Below are positions 51,612-64,000 of a stretch of 64,000 nucleotides of DNA, in pieces (the stretch's first letter is position 1; every line of letters begins with the position of its first letter). The stretch covers positions 44,158-108,157 of the forward strand of contig NIVC01000213.1 of assembly GCA_002269645.1 (NCBI GenBank), written 5' to 3'. Source of the DNA: Macrostomum lignano. Taxonomy: Eukaryota. Made by a program: the position numbers and the translations under genes. The notes beneath the pieces were generated by a model that saw only the letters and a program-made list of their open reading frames with translations, ran no database searches and was not told the origin of the DNA.

Positions 51612-52329
51612 CAAACCTTTCAGGAGATGCTCGAACTACTCAATGGGACAGGGCCGGCAGTGACCCCGTGATCCTGGCTGTGTCAGCTCTAGTCCTCATC
51701 TAGCCCCCGTTGATTCTGCAAGCGAGTACTCCATAGCGTCTCTCAGGCAGTTTCCGCTGGCCGTCGAGTCACCCCCCTTTTGGTAGCAGCGAATTAGGCG
51801 AGGACAGGATGAGGGGGTGGCGATCTCCTTTCCCCGCCTAGTGCCGCCTCATCGCGGTGCTAAGTCAGCGTCATCTTCGCCCTCCTCGCCCCCTTCCCAG
51901 TTCTTCTCCCTCGGTCTCGCCGAATTCCGATCAATGAATGCCCGAGCTCTCTGCTTCAACTTCTTTCTTCGCTGCCTCTCTGAGCAATCGATTTAGCTGG
52001 GCAGTTTGCGGGAATTTTATGCCAGGCTGCGAGGGGCGCGAGCGCATGGGAACAGAGCTCAGTCTCTCTCTTCTCTCTCCCCCCCCCCTCAGTTTCTCCA
52101 GACTTTTGACCAGCAACTGCTCGCCACAGTACTCTCCTATAAAGTCAGAGAAAGTTTAACTGAAGAGCGAGGCCCCGATAAAGGATGTTTATTTATTATA
52201 AAGCACGGCTCAACTCGGGCAAGGGGGTTGGTTGGGAAAGTCAATAGACAAGCTCGGTTAAGAAAGACTCAAATTTCTCTAGTTGGAGTGGCGTGGAGGT
52301 GTGTAAGGTCACATTGTCTCCGTGAGAGG

Positions 52330-52898
52330 ACTGACGGAGTGACATAGTGACGGAGTGACATAGTGACGGAGTGACGGAGTGACGGAGTGACATAGTGACG
52401 GAGTGACATAGTGACGGAGTGACATAGTGACGGAGTGACATAGTGACGGAGTGACATAGTGACGGAGTGACATAGTGACGGAGTGACATAGTGACGGAGT
52501 GACATAGTGACGGAGTGACATAGTGACGGAGTGACATAGTGACGGAGTGACATAGTGACGGAGTGACATAGTGACGGAGTGACATAGTGACGGAGTGACA
52601 TAGTGACGGAGTGACATAGTGACGGAGTGACATAGTGACGGAGTGACATAGTGACGGAGTGACATAGTGACGGAGTGACATAGTGACGGAGTGACATAGT
52701 GACGGAGTGACATAGTGACGGAGTGACATAGTGAGTGACATAGTGACGGAGTGACATAGTGACGGAGTGACATAGTGACGGAGTGACATAGTGACGGAGT
52801 GACATAGTGACGGAGTGACATAGTGACGGAGTGACATAGTGACGGAGTGACATAGTGACGGAGTGACATAGTGACGGAGTGACATAGTGACAGTGACA
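52330..52898. repeat. 16-nt minisatellite GTGACATAGTGACGGA
   Basis: Direct inspection; it starts about 15 nt from the splice donor at 52913. Confidence 0.97.
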
Positions 52899-52913
52899 TC
52901 TCGATAAACTTAC

Positions 52914-55156
52914 CTGACTTGCTTTTCGAGTCCGTCGGTGGCGGTGGCCTGGCAGGCGGCGCCCCCCCAGGCGCGAGGTGGCCTCGGGCGCCCAGGCGGA
53001 GGTGGCCTCGGCGGCGCCCCTGCGCCGGAGCCAGGTGGTGGCGGCCTGGCCGGAGGAGCGGCCCGCTGAGAGCCCGACTCGCCCTGGTAGGTCATGTCCG
53101 AGTAGCCGTACTCGCCGTAGTAGCCGCCTGCCAGGGCCTCGCCGTACTGATACTGATACTGCTGGTCGCCGTTCTGATTGTAGCCATCGCCGTACTGATA
53201 GCCCTCGCCGTATTGGTAGCCTTCGCCGTATGGGTAGCCCTCGCCGTAGCCATACTGACTTTCGTAGCCTTGACCTGAGTAGTAGCTCGCGTCGTACTGG
53301 TACTGATCCTGTGAGTACTCCTGACCTTCAGCCGGGTAGCCTTCCTGACCTTCAGCCGGGTAGCCTTCCTGACCTTCAGCCGGGTAGCCTTCCTGACCTT
53401 CAGCCGGGTAGCCTTCCTGACCTTCAGCCGGGTAGCCTTCCTGACCTTCAGCCAGGTAGCCTTCCTGACCTTCAGCCGGGTAGCCTTCCTGACCTTCAGC
53501 CGGGTAGCCTTCCTGACCTTCAGCCGGGTAGCCTTCCTGACCTTCAGTCGGGTGGTAGCCTTCCAGACCTTCAGTCGGGTAGCCTTCCTGACCTTCAGTC
53601 GGGTAGCCTTCCTGACCTTCAGCCGGGTAGCCTTCCAGACCTTCAGTCGGGTAGCCTTCCAGACCTTCAGTCGGGTAGCCTTCCTGACCTTCAGTCGGGT
53701 AGCCTTCCTGACCTTCAGCCGGGTAGCTTTCATAGCCTTCATACCCGTAGCCGTACTGCTGCTGCCCCTCAGTGGGGTAGCCTTCATAGCCCTCATAGCC
53801 GGCATACTCCTGCTGCTGGCCCTCAGTCTGGTAGTCCGCATACTGCTGCTGATAATCTGTTGAGTAGCCCTCGTAGTGGTCGTCCGAATACGCCGCCGAC
53901 TCAATGGGGTGCTGCTCTCCATCCTGCTTGTCTAGCATCTCCGGCGGCACGGGCGTCGTCGCCGACGGATAGGAAAAGTCGTAGCCCAGCGAATTGCCCG
54001 ACGCCATCGCTGCGGCCACCTCGGCGGCCGCGGGGTCCGAGTCCTGCACGTAACACTCCTCTGGGATCACCTCCCGCAGCTCGCCGTAGCTGCCGTGCAC
54101 AGACACCATGATCTCCGGCCGCGGCAGGTCCTCGCACTCTGTGACGCTCAGCGCCACTCCGCAAGCATTTTGTACTTCCTCGTCGAACACCGCCGTCTCC
54201 GTTGGCACCGCGGCCAGCTGCCGGAGCTCCTCTTTGTCCTCCTCCTCCTCCTTGGCGGGCGCGTCTCCTTCTAGCGAGTCGCCCAGTGACGACTTTGCGA
54301 AGAACTCCTGGATGGCTTCGCTGTCCCTGTCGCCACCGCCGCTGCCACCAACTTCGACTGGGGCAGCCGTCGCGCCCTCCCAGTCGTCTTCGTTGTCGAC
54401 CCGGTCCAGGTTGAACTGCTCGCTGATGTCCCGCACCAGCTCGGTGAGCTCGGTGGACACCTGGCCAGGCTGGGCCGCTGAGGCCAGGCCAGGCGCCGCC
54501 TCGGTCTCCGCCGGCCCCCGAGCCGCCCTGATCACCTCGACGTCGATCTCCGAGTTGCGTCGACTCGAGCCGCGCGAACTGCCCGTTGAGTATTTGCGGC
54601 TAATGTTGCGCGAGCTGTACCGATCGCGCGACATCGACCGGGTCCGGCTGCCGGCCTTCTGGGAGAATCGCCGATCCCGGTCGGGCATGACGACGTCCTT
54701 CTCAGTGTACTCCAGAGACAGCGTGCTGGACTTGAAGGCCTCCTCGCTCTGCACGTAGGGCGAGCCGTAGTCGTCTGCGGCCATGTAGTTGTAGTAGACC
54801 CCCTCTACGTTGCCCTCGTGTGCGTAGGTCTGGCCGTACTCGAACTCAGTCGCATCGTACTCGGCAGCGGATGGCGAGTCGCCAGACCGTCTGGGCCCCG
54901 GCTGGCTGCTGGCCGACCGTTGCTGCCTGTAGGAGGCCACCGGCTCGTCCCGGCGGGCGGTTCGCTGCCCCCGAGACGGAGCTGGCGGAGGAGGCGCCCG
55001 TCTGGACGACGCCGACGCTGCTGAGGTTGACGCTCCGCCAGACTGGTGTCGCTGCGGAGCCGGCGGTGTCTGCGCCAGCGGCTGCTGCTGCTGCGGCTCC
55101 TCCCTCTGCTTCTTCTTCCGGCCGAACGGCAGGCTGCTGAAAAATCCTTTGTTCAT
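52914..55156 (-). CDS. Large acidic, Tyr/Gly/Glu-rich disordered coding exon upstream of stonin (long-isoform exon or separate cistron)
   Basis: 748-codon ORF with a good start context (gccgacATG) and non-repetitive protein-like sequence over most of its length. It ends at a canonical donor AG|GTAAGT at 52914/52913. Contains 17 YP(A/T)EG(Q/L)EG repeats and PPRPPPP/PARPPPP motifs. Confidence 0.78.
53319..53730 (-). repeat. Coding 24-nt repeat encoding 17x YP(A/T)EG(Q/L)EG
   Basis: Seen in the DNA and in the 52910-55156 translation. Confidence 0.92.
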
Positions 55157-56669
55157 GTCGGCTTCGGCGGCGCCGGCTGGACCGGAGAGCTGGCGCTAGG
55201 CGCGGGGCTCCCCGCCGCGAGCTGGCCAAGGATTCGCTCTAATCCGGAGGTGGACGCTGGGAGTGGCGCGAAGAGCAGGAATTCGCTTCGGTCGCTGCGG
55301 TAGAAGTAAATTCGCTTGAGCCACTTTTACGATTGCTTGGCCTCGGCGCGTCTTTTTTGAATCTGCGACTCAGCGGGTCAGTGTGCTCTCCTGTTCTGGC
55401 GCCTTGAGAAACTTACTGGGGCTCTCGCGTGGAGAGAAACTTGCCGCTTTCTACGAGGGCAACCCTACGAGAGGAGAACTGCAGCGGGGCGGAGTGCTGG
55501 GAAGAAAGGGGCGGGGAGAGGGGAGATTGGAGAAGGGGTTGAGAAAGGCCGGCGGAGGAGGAGGGGAGGTGAGCGAGAGAAGAGAGCTAGCCGAGATGAA
55601 GCGCCTCAGTCGCAGTTCCCATGGGGCGGTGAAGAACTTGGGGGCGCCCGTATTGATCGGGGCGGACTCCGTCGGCGGCCCAGCCTCCCGGAAGCCTCAT
55701 CGTTGAGCGTACTCTCACGGCGACCAGCCCGTGATTCGCTCACCTCCCGCCTGTCCCAGCAGCGTAGATGAAGCAGAATGGGTACGGGGATGGAGGTTGG
55801 CAGCCTGGGGTTGCACTGGCGCCGCGGCAGGAAAAGTACTCAGTAAGGCCAGTGTAATGAGCAGAGGAGGCCGGCGGGGGACGAGGAGGAGGAGGCTGAG
55901 GAGGATGAGGAGGATGAGGAGAAAGAATGATGAAGAGAGCTCAAAAGAGTTTTGCTTGGACGGCTGTGAGAATGGTGTGTGCGAGAGAGACTGGGCGAGA
56001 TAAGGGGTTGGGGGGGGGGAAATAGATGCAGATTGAGCTCCCACTCCCTCAGCCTCCCCCGGCCTAAGTGGGCAAAGGAGAGATGGAGATTTCCAGCCTA
56101 GATTGAAAGGAGCGGACAGTTGCTGGGCACAGATGGGGAGGCTGCGTGCGTGCTTATGCTTGGAGATAGCTGAGAAAGTTTTGCAATGAACCCTGGCTTG
56201 AATTCATACGGACAGCGAAGGAATGTATATGAATACAGTGTTTGCTGCCCCCCCCCCCACAACTCCAGATATCATTCTCTCGAGGAGACTGTGGCTGTTC
56301 TTCTTCATCATTGGGCCGGGTTAATAATTCATCGAGTGCCGCCTGTCTGGCAGGTTGCCTGGCTCCTGAGGAAGCTAGAAGGATAAAATCCGATGGGGTG
56401 AGGGAGATCAGAGAGCTCTTGATTGGATAGTTATATTGGAGTCATGGCTTCGCAGGCCTAATAATGTTGTACTTATCATGCTGTCTCTCTTTCACTTGCT
56501 CTCATTACTTACTTTTTATGCCTCGCTCACTTCCGCAACTATATTTCCTGGTGGGGTGGCGGGTAAGGGATGTTGACAGCTCCACCACAGCTTCATTATC
56601 TGCACAATTCAAGTCTATCGCATCATTGTGCTGAACTCAGACACACTACCTCAGCGTGAGGGAGATGAA

Positions 56670-57310
56670 GGCTTTGGAATGTAGAGGAAGGGAGAGAAGG
56701 GTTAGGAATGTAGAGGAAGGGAGATGAAGGGTTAGGAATGTAGAGGAAGGGAGATGAAGGGTTTAGAAATGTAGAGGAAGGGAGATGAAGGGTTAGGAAT
56801 GTAGAGGAAGGGAGATGAAGGGTTTAGAAATGTAGAGGAAGGGAGAGGAAGGGTTAGGAATGTAGAGGAAGGGAGAGGAAGGGTTAGGAATGTAGAGGAA
56901 GGGAGGGGAAGGGTTTAGAAATGTAGAGGAAGGGAGATGAAGGGTTAGGAATGTAGAGGAAGGGAGATGAAGGGTTTAGAAATGTAGAGGAAGGGAGAGG
57001 AAGGGTTAGGAATGTAGAGGAAGGGAGAGGAAGGGTTAGGAATGTAGAGGAAGGGAGGGGAAGGGTTAGGAATGTAGAGGAAGGGAGGGGAAGGGTTAGG
57101 AATGTAGAGGAAGGGAGAGGAAGGGTTAGGAATGTAGAGGAAGGGAGAGGAAGGGTTAGGAATGTAGAGGAAGGAGAGGGAAGGGTTAGGAATGTAGAGG
57201 AAGGGAGAGGAAGGGTTAGGAATGTAGAGGAAGGGAGAGGAAGGGTTAGGAATGTAGAGGAAGGGAGAGGAAGGGTTAGGAATGTAGAGGATGAAGGGTT
57301 AGAAATGTAT
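56670..57310. repeat. 30-nt purine-rich minisatellite GAAGGGTTAGGAATGTAGAGGAAGGGAGAG
   Basis: Direct inspection; 10-nt sub-periodicity. Confidence 0.95.
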
Positions 57311-58734
57311 AGGAAGCTGGAGAAGGGAGATGAAAGGCGGGTAAAGGAAAACAAATGGGACAGAAAAGCTAGCGAAGGATCATCGGGGAACATGAGGATG
57401 CATCTAGCCAGGCAAAGGGATGACGAAGGATGAGCAGTTTGCCTTGAGCAACAAGTAGCAATGGGAGCTGAGATGCCCCAGTGCTCAGACAGAGAAGAAA
57501 TACCACCGCCACAGCCCCGTGGATCAGCCAGTTCGACTCGATTTCCACTCGAAGCTGCGCCCCGAAAAATTTGCATAAAAGCGGCTCAGCAAGTCGCCGG
57601 TTTTGCCTGCGTCCGGCGCCGCTTGGATGCTGCGCCCCCGGCCGGGAGGAAACCTTCATCATTTTGCTGACAGCATAAATAACGCAATTTTTATAGCTGA
57701 GCAACTTTTGGCCATTTCAGAAGAAACAAAACTAGTTGCTATGGTAGCAGTTGATAGTCTGCTTGGAAGCTGCTCAAACGCTATCTTGTCACGTCTCATC
57801 TCAGATCTAATATCTCCAATCTGAAACAACGATTTTGAATCTCAAGGTTCCTAAATACTATTTTTTCTTATCTCCAGTCTCTCTAATCTTTCTAATTTAA
57901 TCGTTACAAACTCTCTTATCTTTTATCTTTTAAATATCTAATCTCCTGTCTCTCTACTAGGCTCTAATCTCTGTAATATCTAATCTCTGTACTATTTAAT
58001 CCCTGTAGTATCTAATTTCTCTAATCTCCTATCTCTGTAATCTCTAATCTCCCGGATATCAAATCTCTCTAGTCTCCTATCTCTCGAATAGCTAATCTCT
58101 CAAAAACAAAGTCTGTCTAATCTCACTGCAATCTACTCTTTACCATATCAATTCGTTATAAGCTCACTTCTTTGCAAGGAATTTAATGCTTTGCACAACT
58201 TTTTACACAAGTTCACCAATACTTAATTTAAATGTTAGACATAAAAAACGATTTTATTTTCAACTACTGACAGTAGAAAAATATGAAAAAGTGACCTATT
58301 TTAATTAGACAGTCACGCAGATTCACGCAGCTAATTACAAACAGTCTATGCTGCCTTTCATCGGTGAGCTACAGTGCTCAGCGCCCAGAGACAGTTGTCA
58401 GTCCAGAGCAATCAGACAAAGTGGCAAATCGGGGGACGGACACTCTCTAGTCCCTGGAAAGTCGCCACACACATTAATTAATGTTTCATAACCTTCACGG
58501 ATGTCATGCGACCATGTGCGTGGTCACTCGGTTCGAAAACAATGGCAAAAATCCGCAGAGAGAATCCACCGAGCCATTGTCAGCTTCAATATCCGGATAC
58601 AGAAGTTTGATTTATTGCTTCGGGGTACGAGTCAAAGCATGCCAAAATTGCGATCACGTGTCCAGTGCATCACATAATCAGCTTTCAAAATGTTTTAAGT
58701 TATTTGCGCCGATTATTGCCATTCTGTTTGCCTG

Positions 58735-60058
58735 TCTGTGTCTGTCCTAGTGTCTGTCTTAGTGTGTGTCCTAGTGTCTGTCTTAGTGTCTGTCCTAGTG
58801 TCTGTCTTAGTGTGTGTCCTAGTGTCTGTCTTAGTGTCTGTCCTAGTGTCTGTCTTAGTGTCTGTCTTAGTGTCTGTCCTAGTGTGTGTCCTAGTGTCTG
58901 TCTTAGTGTCTGTCCTAGTATCTGTCTTAGTATCTGTCCTAGTATCTGTCTTAGTGTCTGTCTTAGTGTCTGTCCTAGTGTCTGTCTTAGTGTCTGTCTT
59001 AGTGTGTGTCCTAGTGTCTGTCTTAGTGTCTGTCTTAGTGTCTGTCTTAGTGTCTGTCTTAGTGTGTGTCCTAGTGTCTGTCTTAGTGTGTGTCCTAGTG
59101 TCTGTCTTAGTGTCTGTCCTAGTGTCTGTCTTAGTGTCTGTCCTAGTGTCTGTCTTAGTGTCTGTCTTAGTGTCTGTCCTAGTGTCTGTCTTAGTGTCTA
59201 TCTTAGTGTCTGTCTTAGTGTCTGTCTTAGTGTCTGTCTTAGTGTGTGTCCTAGTGTCTGTCTTAGTGTCTGTCCTAGTATCTGTCTTAGTGTCTGTCCT
59301 AGTATCTGTCTTAGTGTCTGTCCTAGTGTCTGTCTTAGTGTCTGTCCTAGTGTCTGTCTTAGTGTCTGTCTTAGTGTGTGTCCTAGTGTCTGTCTTAGTG
59401 TCTGTCCTAGTATCTGTCTTAGTGTCTGTCCTAGTATCTGTCTTAGTGTCTGTCTTAGTGTGTGTCCTAGTGTCTGTCTTAGTGTCTGTCTTAGTGTGTG
59501 TCCTAGTGTCTGTCTTAGTGTCTGTCTTAGTGTCTGTCCTAGTATCTGTCTTAGTGTCTGTCTTAGTGTGTGTCCTAGTATCTGTCTTAGTGTCTGTCCT
59601 AGTGTCTGTCCTAGTGTCTGTCCTAGTGTGTGTCCTAGTGTCTGTCTTAGTGTCTGTCCTAGTATCTGTCTTAGTGTCTGTCCTAGTATCTGTCTTAGTG
59701 TCTGTCTTAGTGTCTGTCTTAGTGTCTGTCCTAGTGTCTGTCTTAGTGTCTGTCCTAGTGTCTGTCCTAGTGTCTGTCTTAGTGTCTGTCCTAGTATCTG
59801 TCTTAGTGTCTGTCCTAGTATCTGTCTTAGTGTCTGTCTTAGTGTGTGTCCTAGTGTCTGTCTTAGTGTCTGTCTTAGTGTGTGTCCTAGTGTCTGTCTT
59901 AGTGTCTGTCTTAGTGTCTGTCCTAGTATCTGTCTTAGTGTCTGTCTTAGTGTGTGTCCTAGTATCTGTCTTAGTGTCTGTCCTAGTGTCTGTCCTAGTG
60001 TCTGTCCTAGTGTCTGTCCTAGTGTCTGTCCTAGTGTCTGTCTCAGTGTCTGTCCTCT
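58735..60058. repeat. 12-nt minisatellite TAGTGTCTGTC(T/C)
   Basis: Direct inspection. Confidence 0.97.
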
Positions 60059-60421
60059 TAGTATCTTTATAGTGTATTTATAGTGTATGCACCTTCTTCT
60101 ATTTCGCAGGCTGCAGCACTTGTAAATATTTATGGCTTCTAAGAAAATTATTTTCTCCGAAGCGCTGGCTGGCTTGAATCCACCGGCCCTGCTGCAGCAC
60201 TCGCATTCCACGGCAATAAACTTAGTTCGAATCCATGCGCTGCTGCTACTTGCAAATTCCGGCCAGTTCAAATATAAAATTTTGCGGCCCATTTAATTCA
60301 ATGTGGGACGCCCTTCAAGCATAAAAGTTCCCACGGCTGTCGAAGTGCAAAACGAAGCGGCTGCGTTCGCTTGGTGGCCAAAATGCCGTAACACAGAGAA
60401 ACACAGAACGGAGTAACGGGG

Positions 60422-61920
<1,499 letters not shown>

Positions 61921-62365
61921 GCTACCCAGCAATCGGGCAATCGGGGCTGCTGAACCGGACACAGTTCACAAACCCGTTCTCCCAATCAAACTGATGGAGT
62001 TGGACACGCATGCCCGCCCTGAGTCCGGCCCGGCTTCGCTTGCACCTTCCGCGTTGCAAGCGCCTTTATTCGATCGTGTCTTTCGAGGCGCGGCGGTGAA
62101 ATTATCGAATTTCCTTCAAATTATTTCCCGTAGAATCTGGAAATCTGGGAACCCGGTGTCCCAGCTTCCCAGAGAACTGGCCCAACAAGGCAATCTGGAA
62201 ATCGATTCCCCAGCTACTCGGCTCCCTCAGCACTGATTCAGCTGGCGTCCTGCCACATCAAATCTGCATTGCTGCTATGCCACATTGAATCTGCTCAAAA
62301 CACGGGTACTGTGCTCTTCCATAGTGCTTACATCTGATCCTTGTTCTCCTTGTTCTCTCTCTTTT

Positions 62366-63865
62366 AGGGAGATCTCTGTCGCTCTTATAGGGAGATCTCT
62401 ATCTCTCTTATAGGGAGATCTCTATCTCTCTTATAGGGAGATCTCTGTCTCTCTTATAGGGAGATCTCTGTCTCTCTTATAGGGAGATCTCTATCTCTCT
62501 TATAGGGAGATCTCTGTCTCTCTTATAGGGAGATCTCTGTCTCTCTTATAGGGAGATCTCTGTCTCTCTCGTATCATAGGGAGATCTCTATCTCTCTTAT
62601 AGGGAGATCTCTGTCTCTCTTATAGGGAGATCTCTGTCGCTCTTATAGGGAGATCTCTATCTCTCTTATAGGGAGATCTCTGTCTCTCTTATAGGGAGAT
62701 CTCTGTCGCTCTTATAGGAGATCTCTGTCTCTCTCGTATCATAGGGAGATCTCTGTCTCTCTTATAGGGAGATCTCTGTCTCTCTTATAGGGAGATCTCT
62801 ATCTCTCTTATAGGAGATCTCTGTCTCTCTTATAGGGAGATCTCTGTCTCTCTTATAGGGAGATCTCTGTCTCTCTCACAGGGAGATCTCTGTCTCTCTC
62901 ATAGGGAGATCTCTATCTCTCTTATAGGAGATCTCTGTCGCTCTTATAGGGAGATCTCTGTCTCTCTTATAGGGAGATCTCTATCTCTCTTATAGGGAGA
63001 TCTCTGTCTCTCTTATAGGGAGATCTCTGTCTCTCTTATAGGGAGATCTCTGTCTCTCTCGTATCATAGGGAGATCTCTGTCTCTCTTATAGGGAGATCT
63101 CTGTCGCTCTTATAGGGAGATCTCTATCTCTCTTATAGGGAGATCTCTGTCGCTCTTATAGAGAGATCTCTGTCTCTCTCGTATCATAGGGAGATCTCTG
63201 TCTCTCTTATAGGGAGATCTCTGTCGCTCTTATAGGGAGATCTCTATCTCTCTTATAGGGAGATCTCTGTCGCTCTTATAGGGAGATCTCTATCTCTCTT
63301 ATAGGGAGATCTCTGTCCCTCTTATAGGGAGATCTCTGTCTCTCTTATAGGGAGATCTCTATCTCTCTTATAGGGAGATCTCTATCTCTCTTATAGGGAG
63401 ATCTCTGTCGCTCTTATAGGGAGATCTCTATCTCTCTTATAGGGAGATCTCTGTCGCTCTTATAGGGAGATCTCTATCTCTCTTATAGGGAGATCTCTGT
63501 CGCTCTTATAGGGAGATCTCTATCTCTCTTATAGGGAGATCTCTGTCTCTCTTATAGGGAGATCTCTATCTCTTTAAGGGAGATCTCTGTCTCTCTTATA
63601 GGGAGATCTCTGTCTCTCTTATAGGGAGATCTCTATCTCTCTTATAGGGAGATCTCTGTCTCTCTTATAGGGAGATCTCTGTCTCTCTTATAGGGAGATC
63701 TCTGTCTCTCTTATAGGGAGATCTCTATCTCTCTTATAGGGAGATCTCTATCTCTCTTATAGGGAGATCTCTGTCTCTCTTATAGGGAGATCTCTGTCTC
63801 GCTTATAGGGAGATCTCTGTCTCTCTCACAGGGAGATCTCTGTCTCTCTCATAGGGAGATCTCTG
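62366..63865. repeat. 23-nt minisatellite AGGGAGATCTCT(G/A)TCTCTCTTAT
   Basis: Direct inspection. Confidence 0.97.
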
Positions 63866-64000
63866 TCTCTCTCCTATCTCTAATCTCTCCCATCTCTAAA
63901 CTCTCCCATCTCTGCCTCCATTTCTCTTAGGGCTCCTTTGTGAGCCTGGAGTCAAATGGGTGTTAGCCATCCACCCTCCTCGCGCTGTACTTTGTGCCGC

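Noticed and set aside
47338-54758. Plus-strand ORFs overlapping the stonin locus (e.g. 48660-49676, 50518-51276, 54108-54758)
   Set aside because: Antisense shadows of GC-rich, codon-biased exons with no recognisable domains.
58665-60292. ORFs of 360-470 aa (CLSV, VLVS and QTLR repeats)
   Set aside because: Artefacts of the 12-nt satellite.

Overview
Eukaryotic (metazoan) genomic DNA with spliceosomal GT/GC-AG introns, GC-rich exons and about 30 mini/microsatellite arrays. The style suggests a free-living flatworm such as Macrostomum lignano (inference, not verified). Genes reconstructed by hand: (1) a 3-exon DEG/ENaC channel on - (8246-12135) with several single-base frameshifts; (2) a TSEN2/Sen2 tRNA-splicing endonuclease subunit on - (22734-23667, 5' end unresolved); (3) an intact 2-exon DEG/ENaC channel on + (26482-28805) with a tRNA-derived CORE-SINE in its intron; (4) a PAR/NFIL3-type bZIP on - (36104-37054); (5) a Fer3/Nato3/PTF1-type bHLH on + (38876-40331) split by a GC-AG intron; (6) a stonin/Stoned-B gene on - (47217-51611, about 1260 aa), preceded on the same strand by a 748-codon acidic, Tyr-repeat ORF (52914-55156). 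That ORF is either a long N-terminal exon or a separate first cistron, reminiscent of the dicistronic arthropod stoned locus. Also present: a MITE with 19-bp TIRs, a probable LTR and degraded retroelement fragments. Most long ORFs in the supplied track are artefacts of tandem repeats or antisense shadows of real exons. No prokaryotic features or CRISPR arrays were found, and nothing here can be claimed with confidence as a wholly new system. The stonin locus and the non-canonical TSEN2 active site are the best leads.
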